Source: Balanoglossus misakiensis (Eukaryota > Animalia > Hemichordata). From it: a stretch of 64,000 bases of DNA. The translations under genes were made by a program, and so were the position numbers. Location: positions 17,439,500-17,503,499 of the forward strand of contig CM082577.2 of assembly GCA_040954595.2 (NCBI GenBank), read 5' to 3'. Positions 1-11,400 of this stretch are shown here, piece after piece (positions within the stretch are counted from its first letter, which is position 1; every line of letters starts with the position of its first letter). The notes under the pieces are model-generated. The model worked only from the letters and a program-made list of their open reading frames with translations, was not told the DNA's origin and made no database searches.

Positions 1-419
1 CCAAGCTATGCCGTAGGAAATCTGACTTGATCAACGTTGCTACCGAACGCTAGTGTCTGTCATAGTGTGCCGGGGTTTTAGTCGAGCCAAGCCGTAGGAG
101 ATCAGACTTGATCAACATGGTCTCTGTACGCGTGTTTCTGCTCTAGAGTGCCGGGGCTTTATCCAAGCCATGCCGTAGAAAATCTGACTTGATCACCGTT
201 GCTAACGTACGCTAGTGTCTGTCATATTGTGACGGAGATTTAGCCGAGCCAGGCCGTAGAAAAATCGACTTGTTCAACGTTACCAGTGTGCAACTGTTTC
301 TGCTCTAGAGTGTCAGGGTTTAAGCCGACTTATGCTGTAGGAAATCCGAGTTGATGAACGGGAATTCAATGTTAGAAAACCCGTGTGGAAAGTATCTCTA
401 CCCGTTTGAAACTAAGAAA

Positions 420-1295
420 AGAATTTATTCTTATTTATTTTGTAAAAAAGACAATTTTTCGAAAAAAAGTCGAAAACGGTAATTTTGTCTTGGGTGATTC
501 AAATTATACCGCCTTTTCTGGAATTTGCAGCACTTTTTACAAGAGAACGACACTTCATGCTCCATAATATTTCTGAAAATGAAGAAAAGAGTTAATTTTT
601 TATGATTTTTTTAAAAATTTACCATTTTTGTCAAAATATGGCCAAAATGGCTATTTTTTCTTGAATTCTGTCAATATCTCTGCATTTTTTGAGTGGTCGA
701 AAGTTTTAACATACAACCAACATGTCATATATGATCAGGGCACCAAATTCGAAGAACAAAGTTTTTTGTTTTTTTTCTAAAAATGACATTTTCAAGGAAA
801 ATTTGGTAAAACGCAATTTTGTCTGCAGTGAGCCAAATTAGACGGTCTTTTGTGGAATTTGTATCGATATATACATACGAAGAGCATTCTATACTCCATC
901 AGATTTCCGAAAATGTAGAAAATAGTTATTTTTTGTAATTTTCAAAAATTTACCATTTTGACCAAATTGTGGCTAAAATTGTTATTTTCGTGTTGAATGC
1001 CGCCAGTGTCACTGCTTTTAAAAGTCATAAAAACTTTGAACATACAAGCAATTGGTTATATATGATCAGGTCACCGAATTAAAAAAATAAAGAATGTTTT
1101 GCCTAAAAATGACCTTTTTGGTGCAAAAACGAATAAATCGCAATTTTGTATTAAATCAGCTCATTCAGAGTGCATTTTTTATAATCAGCACCATTTTTAC
1201 ATATAATGGAAATTTCATACATCATCAGATATCCAAATATGAAAAAACGATTTAGATTTTAGATGATTGTCCAAAATTAGCTGATATCTAATAAA
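420..1295. repeat. AT-rich sub-array of the unit (first copy shown): degenerate ~165-bp monomers, clearer as a ~330-bp dimer
   Basis: aattttgt-starting segments at ~481, ~815 and ~1142 align (e.g. aaaatttaccattttt/aaaatttaccattttg, catatatgatcagggcacc/tatatatgatcaggtcacc). The half-segments starting ~651 and ~983 share weaker motifs with them (tattttttcttg~aattttgtcttg, gaagaacaaag~gaagaaaagag, aaaatgacatttt~aaaatttaccatttt). Confidence 0.85.
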
Positions 1296-1299
1296 TGTA

Positions 1300-1532
1300 G
1301 TATTGAACCGTTCTGTTCCCCCCCCCCCTACATTATATGCGGTACGCCGATGTCAGCTTACCCGGCAGTACTGCAGGCCGTGCCCCCAACTAACGTCGGT
1401 GTTTGAAACGCCCTGGTTAAATTCGGACTTTCTCTATAAATTGACAGGCAATAATGCAGTCCTACCCGAACAAATGTCGAGTGTTGACCCGCTGTGACTT
1501 TCCCTCTTCGGTTTGCCCGACTTAGCCAACGT
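1300..1532. other. Unique linker of the unit (first copy shown): variable poly-C tract, 13-bp imperfect stem-loop, 10-bp palindrome
   Basis: Poly-C run whose length varies between copies; acgccgatgtcag (1344-1356) can pair with ctaacgtcggtgt (1390-1402); gcagtactgc palindrome at 1365-1374. Occurs once per unit and is not internally repetitive. Confidence 0.8.
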
Positions 1533-2402
1533 CTTTGTACTAGAGTGTCGGGTCTTTTGCAGAGCCAGGCCAAAGGAAATCCGACTTGATCACCGTTGCT
1601 AACGAACGCTAGTGTCTGTCATGGTGTGCCGGGGTTTTAGTCGAGCCAGGCCGTAGGAGATCTGACTTGATCATCGTGGTCAATGTACGCGTGTTTCCGC
1701 TCTAAAGTGCCGGGGCTTCAGCTAAACCAGGCCGTAGGAAATCCGACGTAATCACCGTTGATAACTTACGCCAGTCTGTGTCATATAGAGCCGGTGCACC
1801 AGCCGAGTCACGCCGTAGGAAATCTGACTTGATCAACGTAGTCAATGTACGCCTGTTTCTGCTCTAGAGTGCCGGGGCTTCAGCTGAGCCAGGCCGTAGG
1901 AAACCCGACGTGATTACCGTTGTCAACTTACGCCAGTCTGTGTCCTATAGTGCCGGGGCATCAGCCGTGCCAGGCCGAAGGAAATATGAGTTAATCAACG
2001 TGGTCTCTGTACGCGTGTTTCTGCTCTAGAGTGCCTGGGCTTTAGCCAAGCTATGCCGTAGGAAATCTGACTTGATCAACGTTGCTACCGAACGCTAGTG
2101 TCTGTCATAGTGTGCCGGGGTTTTAGTCGAGCCAAGCCGTAGGAGATCAGACTTGATCAACATGGTCTCTGTACGCGTGTTTCTGCTCTAGAGTGCCGGG
2201 GCTTTATCCAAGCCATGCCGTAGAAAATCTGACTTGATCACCGTTGCTAACGTACGCTAGTGTCTGTCATATTGTGACGGAGATTTAGCCGAGCCAGGCC
2301 GTAGAAAAATCGACTTGTTCAACGTTACCAGTGTGCAACTGTTTCTGCTCTAGAGTGTCAGGGTTTAAGCCGACTTATGCTGTAGGAAATCCGAGTTGAT
2401 GA
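1533..2402. repeat. GC/CpG-rich sub-array of the unit (first full copy shown): 81-bp monomers alternating A/B (162-bp dimer)
   Basis: The core gccgtaggaaatc(t/c)gacttgatca and its variants start at 1569, 1650, 1731, 1812, 1893, 1974, 2055, 2136, 2217, 2298 and 2379, exactly 81 bp apart. The intervening parts alternate between type A (ccgttgctaacgaacgctagtgtctgtcat) and type B (cgtggtcaatgtacgcgtgtttctgctctagagtg). Confidence 0.97.
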
Positions 2403-5400
2403 ACGGGAATTCAATGTTAGAAAACCCGTGTGGAAAGTATCTCTACCCGTTTGAAACTAAGAAAAGAATTTATTCTTATTTATTTTGTAAAAAAGACAAT
2501 TTTTCGAAAAAAAGTCGAAAACGGTAATTTTGTCTTGGGTGATTCAAATTATACCGCCTTTTCTGGAATTTGCAGCACTTTTTACAAGAGAACGACACTT
2601 CATGCTCCATAATATTTCTGAAAATGAAGAAAAGAGTTAATTTTTTATGATTTTTTTTAAAAATTTACCATTTTTGTCAAAATATGGCCAAAATGGCTAT
2701 TTTTTCTTGAATTCTGTCAATATCTCTGCATTTTTTGAGTGGTCGAAAGTTTTAACATACAACCAACATGTCATATATGATCAGGGCACCAAATTCGAAG
2801 AACAAAGTTTTTTGTTTTTTTTCTAAAAATGACATTTTCAAGGAAAATTTGGTAAAACGCAATTTTGTCTGCAGTGAGCCAAATTAGACGGTCTTTTGTG
2901 GAATTTGTATCGATATATACATACGAAGAGCATTCTATACTCCATCAGATTTCCGAAAATGTAGAAAATAGTTATTTTTTGTAATTTTCAAAAATTTACC
3001 ATTTTGACCAAATTGTGGCTAAAATTGTTATTTTCGTGTTGAATGCCGCCAGTGTCACTGCTTTTAAAAGTCATAAAAACTTTGAACATACAAGCAATTG
3101 GTTATATATGATCAGGTCACCGAATTAAAAAAATAAAGAATGTTTTGCCTAAAAATGACCTTTTTGGTGCAAAAACGAATAAATCGCAATTTTGTATTAA
3201 ATCAGCTCATTCAGAGTGCATTTTTTATAATCAGCACCATTTTTACATATAATGGAAATTTCATACATCATCAGATATCCAAATATGAAAAAACGATTTA
3301 GATTTTAGATGATTGTCCAAAATTAGCTGATATCTAATAAATGTAGTATTGAACCGTTCTGTTCCCCCCCCCTACATTATATGCGGTACGCCGATGTCAG
3401 CTTACCCGGCAGTACTGCAGGCCGTGCCCCCAACTAACGTCGGTGTTTGAAACGCCCTGGTTAAATTCGGGCTTTCTCTATAAATTGACAGGCAATAATG
3501 CAGTCCTACCCGAACAAATGTCGAGTGTTGACCCGCTGTGACTTTCCCTCTTCGGTTTGCCCGACTTAGCCAACGTCTTTGTACTAGAGTGTCGGGTCTT
3601 TTGCAGAGCCAGGCCGAAGGAAATCCGACTTGATCACCCTTGCTAACGAACGCTAGTGTCTGTCATGGTGTGCCGGGGTTTTAGTCGAGCCAGGCCGTAG
3701 GAGATCTGACTTGATCATCGTGGTCAATGTACGCGTGTTTCCGCTTTAAAGTGCCGGGGCTTCAGCTAAACCAGGCCGTAGGAAATCCGACGTAATCACC
3801 GTTGATAACTTACGCCAGTCTGTGTCATATAGAGCCGGTGCACCAGCCGAGTCACGCCGTAGGAAATCTGACTTGATCAACGTAGTCAATGTACGCCTGT
3901 TTCTGCTCTAGAGTGCCGGGGCTTCAGCTGAGCCAGGCCGTAGGAAACCCGACGTGATTACCGTTGTTAACTTACGCCAGTCTGTGTCCTATAGTGCCGG
4001 GGCATCAGCCGTGCCAGGCCGAAGGAAATATGAGTTAATCAACGTGGTCTCTGTACGCGTGTTTCTGCTCTAGAGTGCCTGGGCTTTAGCCAAGCTATGC
4101 CGTAGGAAATCTGACTTGATCAACGTTGCTACCGAACGCTAGTGTCTGTCATAGTGTGCCGGGGTTTTAGTCGAGCCAAGCCGTAGGAGATCAGACTTGA
4201 TCAACATGGTCTCTGTACGCGTGTTTCTGCTCTAGAGTGCCGGGGCTTTATCCAAGCCATGCCGTAGAAAATCTGACTTGATCACCGTTGCTAACGTACG
4301 CTAGTGTCTGTCATATTGTGACGGAGATTTAGCCGAGCCAGGCCGTAGAAAAATCGACTTGTTCAACGTTACCAGTGTGCAACTGTTTCTGCTCTAGAGT
4401 GTCAGGGTTTAAGCCGACTTATGCTGTAGGAAATCCGAGTTGATGAACGGGAATTCAATGTTAGAAAACCCGTGTGGAAAGTATCTCTACCCGTTTGAAA
4501 CTAAGAAAAGAATTTATTCTTATTTATTTTGTAAAAAAGACAATTTTTCGAAAAAAAGTCGAAAACGGTAATTTTGTCTTGGGTGATTCAAATTATACCG
4601 CCTTTTCTGGAATTTGCAGCACTTTTTACAAGAGAACGACACTTCATGCTCCATAATATTTCTGAAAATGAAGAAAAGAGTTAATTTTTTATGATTTTTT
4701 TAAAAATTTACCATTTTTGTCAAAATATGGCCAAAATGGCTATTTTTTCTTGAATTCTGTCAATATCTCTGCATTTTTTGAGTGGTCGAAAGTTTTAACA
4801 TACAACCAACATGTCATATATGATCAGGGCACCAAATTCGAAGAACAAAGTTTTTTGTTTTTTTTTCTAAAAATGACATTTTCAAGGAAAATTTGGTAAA
4901 ACGCAATTTTGTCTGCAGTGAGCCAAATTAGACGGTCTTTTGTGGAATTTGTATCGATATATACATACGAAGAGCATTCTATACTCCATCAGATTTCCGA
5001 AAATGTAGAAAATAGTTATTTTTTGTAATTTTCAAAAATTTACCATTTTGACCAAATTGTGGCTAAAATTGTTATTTTCGTGTTGAATGCCGCCAGTGTC
5101 ACTGCTTTTAAAAGTCATAAAAACTTTGAACATACAAGCAATTGTTTATATATGATCAGGTCACCGAATTAAAAAAATAAAGAATGTTTTGCCTAAAAAT
5201 GACCTTTTTGGTGCAAAAACGAATAAAACGCAATTTTGTATTAAATCAGCTCATTCAGAGTGCATTTTTTATAATCAGCACCATTTTTACATATAATGGA
5301 GATTTCATACATCATCAGATATCCAAATATGAAAAAATGATTTAGATTTTAGATGATTGTCCAAAATTAGCTGATATGTAATAAATGTAGTATTAAACCG

Positions 5401-8400
5401 TTCTGTTTCCCCCCCCCCCCCTACATTATATGCGGTACGCCGATGTCAGCTTACCCGGCAGTACTGCAGGCCGTGCCCCCAACTAACGTCGGTGTTTGAA
5501 ACGCCCTGGTTAAATTCGGGCTTTCTCTATAAATTGACAGGCAATAATGCAGTCCTGCCCGAACAAATGTCGAGTGTTGACCCGCTGTGACTTTCCCTCT
5601 TCGGTTTGCCCGACTTAGCCAACGTCTTTGTACTAGAGTGTCGGGTCTTTTGCAGAGCCAGGCCGAAGGAAATCCGACTTGATCACCCTTGCTAACGAAC
5701 GCTAGTGTCTGTCATGGTGTGCCGGGGTTTTAGTCGAGCCAGGCCGTAGGAGATCTGACTTGATCATCGTGGTCAATGTACGCGTGTTTCCGCTTTAAAG
5801 TGCCGGGGCTTCAGCTAAACCAGGCCGTAGGAAATCCGACGTAATCACCGTTGATAACTTACGCCAGTCTGTGTCATATAGAGCCGGTGCACAAGCCGAG
5901 TCACGCCGTAGGAAATCTGACTTGATCAACGTAGTCAATGTACGCCTGTTTCTGCTCTAGAGTGCCGAGGCTTCAGCTGAGCCAGGCCGTAGGAAACCCG
6001 ACGTGATTACCATTGTTAACTTACGCCAGTCTGTGTCCTATAGTGCCGGGGCATCAGCCGTGCCAGGCCGAAGGAAATATGAGTTAATCAACGTGGTCTC
6101 TGTACGCGTGTTTCTGCTCTAGAGTGCCTGGGCTTTAGCCAAGCTATGCCGTAGGAAATCTGACTTGATCAACGTTGCTACCGAACGCTAGTGTCTGTCA
6201 TAGTGTGCCGGGGTTTTAGTCGAGCCAAGCCGTAGGAGATCAGACTTGATCAACATGGTCTCTGTACGCGTGTTTCTGCTCTAGAGTGCCGGGGCTTTAT
6301 CCAAGCCATGCCGTAGAAAATCTGACTTGATCACCGTTGCTAACGTACGCTAGTGTCTGTCATATTGTGACGGAGATTTAGCCGAGCCAGGCCGTAGAAA
6401 AATCGACTTGTTCAACGTTACCAGTGTGCAACTGTTTCTGCTCTAGAGTGTCAGGGTTTAAGCCGACTTATGCTGTAGGAAATCCGAGTTGATGAACGGG
6501 AATTCAATGTTAGAAAACCCGTGTGGAAAGTATCTCTACCCGTTTGAAACTAAGAAAAGAATTTATTCTTATTTATTTTGTAAAAAAGACAATTTTTCGA
6601 AAAAAAGTCGAAAACGGTAATTTTGTCTTGGGTGATTCAAATTATACCGCCTTTTCTGGAATTTGCAGCACTTTTTACAAGAGAACGACACTTCATGCTC
6701 CATAATATTTCTGAAAATGAAGAAAAGAGTTAATTTTTTATGTTTTTTTTAAAAATTTACCATTTTTGTCAAAATATGGCCAAAATGGCTATTTTTTCTT
6801 GAATTCCGTCAATATCTCTGCATTTTTTGAGTGGTCGAAAGTTTTAACATACAACCAACATGTCATATATGATCAGGGCACCAAATTCGAAGAACAAAGT
6901 TTTTTGTTTTTTTTTCTTAAAATGACATTTTCAAGGAAAATTTGGTAAAACGCAATTTTGTCTGCAGTGAGCCAAATTAGACGGTCTTTTGTGGAATTTG
7001 TATCGATATATACATACGAAGAGCATTCTATACTCCATCAGATTTCCGAAAATGTAGAAAATAGTTATTTTTTGTAATTTTCAAAAATTTACCATTTTGA
7101 CCAAATTGTGGCTAAAATTGTTATTTTCGTGTTGAATGCCGCCAGTGTCACTGCTTTTAAAAGTCATAAAAACTTTGAACATACAAGCAATTGTTTATAT
7201 ATGATCAGGTCACCGAATTAAAAAAATAAAGAATGTTTTGCCTAAAAATGACCTTTTTGGTGCAAAAACGAATAAAACGCAATTTTGTATTAAATCAGCT
7301 CATTCAGAGTGCATTTTTTATAATCAGCACCATTTTTACATATAATGGAGATTTCATACATCATCAGATATCCAAATATGAAAAAATGATTTAGATTTTA
7401 GATGATTGTCCAAAATTAGCTGATATGTAATAAATGTAGTATTAAACCGTTCTGTTTCCCCCCCCCCCCCTACATTATATGCGGTACGCCGATGTCAGCT
7501 TACCCGGTAGTACTGCAGGCCGTGCCCCCAACTAACGTCGGTGTTTGAAACGCCCTGGTTAAATTCGGGCTTTCTCTATAAATTGACAGGCAATAATGCA
7601 GTCCTACCCGAACAAATGTCGAGTGTTGACCCGCTGTGACTTTCCCTCTTCGGTTTGCCCGACTTAGCCAACGTCTTTGTACTAGAGTTTCGGGTCTTTT
7701 GCAGAGCCAGGCCGAAGAAAATCCGACTTGATCACCGTTGCTAACGAACGCTAGTGTCTGTCATGGTGTGCCGGGGTTTTAGTCGAGCCAGGCCGTAGGA
7801 GATCTGACGTGATCATCTTGGTCAATGTACGCGTGTTTCCGCTCTAAAGTGCCGGGGCTTCAGCTAAACCAGGCCGTAGGAAATCCGACGTAATCACCGT
7901 TGATAACTTACGCCAGTCTGTGTCATATAGAGCCGGTGCACAAGCCGAGTCACGCCGTAGGAAATCTGACTTGATCAACGTAGTCATTGTACGCCTGTTT
8001 CTGCTCTAGAGTGCCGTGGCTTCAGCTGAGCCAGGCCGTAGGAAACCCGACGTGATTACCGTTGTTAACTTACGCCAGTCTGTGTCCTATAGTGCCGGGG
8101 CATCAGCCGTGCCAGGCCGAAGGAAATGTGAGTTGATCAACGTGGTCTCTGTACGCGTGTTTCTGCTCTAGAGTGCCTGGGCTTTAGCCAAGCTATGCCG
8201 TAGGAAATCTGACTTGATCAACGTTGCTACCGAACGCTAGTGTCTGTCATAGTGTGCCGGGGTTTTAGTCGAGCCAAGCCGTAGGAGATCAGACTTGATC
8301 AACATGGTCTCTGTACGCGTGTTTCTGCTCTAGAGTGCCGGGGCTTTATCCAAGCCATGCCGTAGAAAATCTGACTTGATCACCGTTGCTAACGTACACT

Positions 8401-11400
8401 AGTGTCTGTCATATTGTGACGGAGATTTAGCCGAGCCAGGCCGTAGAAAAATCGACTTGTTCAACGTTACCAGTGTGCAACTGTTTCTGCTCTAGAGTGT
8501 CAGGGTTTAAGCCGACTTATGCTGTAGGAAATCTGAGTTGATGAACGGTAATTCAATGTTAGAAAACCCGTGTGGAAAGTATCTCTACCCGTTTGAAACT
8601 AAGAAAAGAATTTATTCTTATTTATTTTGTAAAAAAGACAATTTTTCGAAAAAAAGTCGAAAATGGTAATTTTGTCTTGGGTGATTCAAATTATCTCGCC
8701 TTTTCTGGAATTTGCAGCACTTTTTACAAGAGAACGACACTTCATGCTCCATAATATTTCTGAAAATGAAGAAAAAAGTTAATTTTTTATGATTTTTTAA
8801 AAATTTACAATTTTTGTCAAATATGGCCAAAATGGTTATTTTTTCTTGAATTCCGTCAATATCTCTGCATTTTTTGAGTGGTCGAAAGTTTTAACATACA
8901 ATCAACATGTCATATATGATCATGGCACCAAATTCGAAGAACAAAGGTTTTTTTATTATTTTTTCTAAAAATGACATTTTCAAGGAAAATTTGGTAAAAT
9001 GCAATTTTGTCTGCAGTGAGCCAAATTAGACGGTCTTTTGTGGAATTTGTATCGATATATACATACGAAGAGCATTCTATACTCCATCAGATTTCCGAAA
9101 ATGTAGAAAACAGTTATTTTTTGTAATTTTCAAAAATTTACCATTTTGACCAAATTGTGGCTAAAATTGTTATTTTCGTGTTGAATGCCGCCAGTGTCAC
9201 TGCTTTTAAAAGTCATAAAAACTTTGAACATACAAGCAATTGTTTATATATGATCAGGTCACCGAATTAAAAAAATAAAGAATGTTTTGCCTAAAAATGA
9301 CCTTTTTGGTGCAAAAACGCAATTTTGTATTAAATCAGCTCATTCAGGGTGCATTTTTTATAATCAGCACCATTTTTACATATAATAGAAATTTCATACA
9401 TCATCAGATATCCAATTATGAAAAAATGATTTAGATTTTAGATGATTGTCCAAAATTAGCTGATATCTAATAAATGTAGTATTGAACCGTTCTGTTCCCC
9501 CCCCCCCCTACATTATATGCCGTACGCCGATGTCAGCTAACCCGGCAGTACTGCAGGCCGTGCCCCCAACTAACGTCGGTGTTTGAAACGCCCTGGTTAA
9601 ATTCGGGCTTTCTCTATAAATTGACAGGCAATAATGCAGTCCTACCCGAACAAATGTCGAGTGTTGACCCGCTGTGACTTTCCCTCTTCGGTTTGCCCGA
9701 CTTAGCCAACGTCTTTGTACTAGAGTGTCGGGTCTTTTGCAGAGCCAGGCCGAAGGAAATCCGACTTGATCACCGTTGCTAACGAACGCTAGTGTCTGTC
9801 ATGGTGTGCCGGGGTTTTAGTCGAGCCAGGCCGTAGGAGATCTGACTTGATCATCGTGGTCAATGTACGCGTGTTTCCGCTCTAAAGTGCCGGGGCTTCA
9901 GCTAAACCAGGCCGTAGGAAATCCGACGTAATCACCGTTGATAACTTACGCCAGTCTGTGTCATATAGAGCCGGTGCACCAGCCGAGTCACGCCGTAGGA
10001 AATCTGACTTGATCAACGTGGTCAATGTACGCCTGTTTCTGCTCTAGAGTGCCGGGGCTTCAGCTGAGCCAGGCCGTAGGAAACCCGACGTGATTACCGT
10101 TGTTAACTTACGCCAGTCTGTGTCCTATAGTGCCGGGGCATCAGCCGTGCCAGGCCGAAGGAAATGTGAGTTGATCAACGTGGTCTCTGTACGCGTGTTT
10201 CTGCTCTAGAGTGCCTGGGCTTTAGACAAGCTATGCCGTAGGAAATCTGACTTGATCAACGTTGCTACCGAACGCTAGTGTCTGTCATAGTGTGCCGGGG
10301 TTTTAGTCGAGCCAAGCCGTAGGAGATCAGACATGATCAACATGGTCTCTGTACGCGTGTTTCTGCTCTAGAGTGCCGGGGCTTTATCCAAGCCATGCCG
10401 TAGAAAATCTGACTTGATCACCGTTGCTAACGTACGCTAGTGTCTGTCATATTGTGACGGAGATTTAGCCGAGCCAGGCCGTAGAAAAATCGACTTGTTC
10501 AACGTTACCAGTGTGCAACTGTTTCTGCTCTAGAGTGTCAGGGTTTAAGCCGACTTATGCTGTAGGAAATCTGAGTTGATGAACGGGAATTCAATGTTAG
10601 AAAACCCGTGTGGAAAGTATCTCTACCCGTTTGAAACTAAGAAAAGAATGTATTCTTATTTATTTTGTAAAAAAGACAATTTTTCGCAAAAAAGTCGAAA
10701 ATGGTAATTTTGTCTTGGGTGATTCAAATTATACCGCCTTTTCTGGAATTTGCAGCACTTTTTACAAGAGAACGACACTTCATGCTCCATAATATTTCTG
10801 GAAATGAAGAAAAGAGTTAATTTTTTATGATTTTTTAAAAATTTACCATTTTGTCAAAATATGGCCAAAATGGCTATTTTTTCTTGAATTCCGTCAATAT
10901 CTCTGCATTTTTTGAGTGGTCGAAAGTTTTAACATACAATCAACATGTCATATATGATCAGGGCACCAAATTCGAAGATTAAAGGTTTTTTTTATTATTT
11001 TTTCTAAAAATTACATTTTCAAGGAAAATTTGGTAAAACTCAATTTTGTCTGCAGTGAGCCAAATTAGACGGTCTTTTGTGGAATTTGTATCGATATATA
11101 CATACGAAGAGCATTCTATACTCCATCAGATTTCCGAAAATGTAGAAAACAGTTATTTTTTGTAATTTTCAAAAATTTACCATTTTGACCAAATTGTGGC
11201 TAAAATTGTTATTTTCGTGTTGAATGCCGCCAGTGTCACTGCTTTTAAAAGTCATAAAAACTTTGAACATACAAGCAATTATTTATATATGATCAGGTCA
11301 CCGAATTAAAAAAATAAAGAATGTTTTGCCTAAAAATGACCTTTTTGGTGCAAAAACGCAATTTTGTATTAAATCAGCTCATTCAGAGTGCATTTTTTAT

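Noticed and set aside
275-405. HDV-like ribozyme on the minus strand (UUCCCGU loop, partial P1)
   Set aside because: P3 is out of register, there is no convincing P2, and no catalytic C in J4/2.
1265-1320. Spliced-leader RNA or Sm site (AATTTTGG on the minus strand)
   Set aside because: No GGUA donor stem-loop upstream, and such words are common in this AT-rich block.
1355-1510. U1 snRNA resemblance (cttacccggcag; gtgttgacccgctgtgactttccc)
   Set aside because: The 5' end is not ATACTTACCTG, spacing is about 50 nt too long, no Sm site or terminal stem follows, and part of the match lies in a 14-nt segment missing from the edge copies.
1447-1566. Twister ribozyme-like words (taatgcag...cggtttgcccg...tgcagag)
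   Set aside because: The L4 loop lacks the pseudoknot-forming nucleotides, the spacing is too long, and tgcagag is absent from edge copies.
1580-1660. 5S rRNA-like words (gatcaccg..g.taa..aacg; cctacggcc on the minus strand)
   Set aside because: Only short scattered matches on different strands; no box C and no 120-nt colinear alignment.
1533-2402. CRISPR-like array (constant core plus intervening segments)
   Set aside because: The intervening segments are homologous A/B variants rather than unique spacers, there are no cas genes, and the context is eukaryotic with spliced exons.
1533-2402. 27-codon coding repeat (81 bp)
   Set aside because: No ORF of 60 aa or more spans the block in the supplied track, and the frames I translated hit stops within a monomer.
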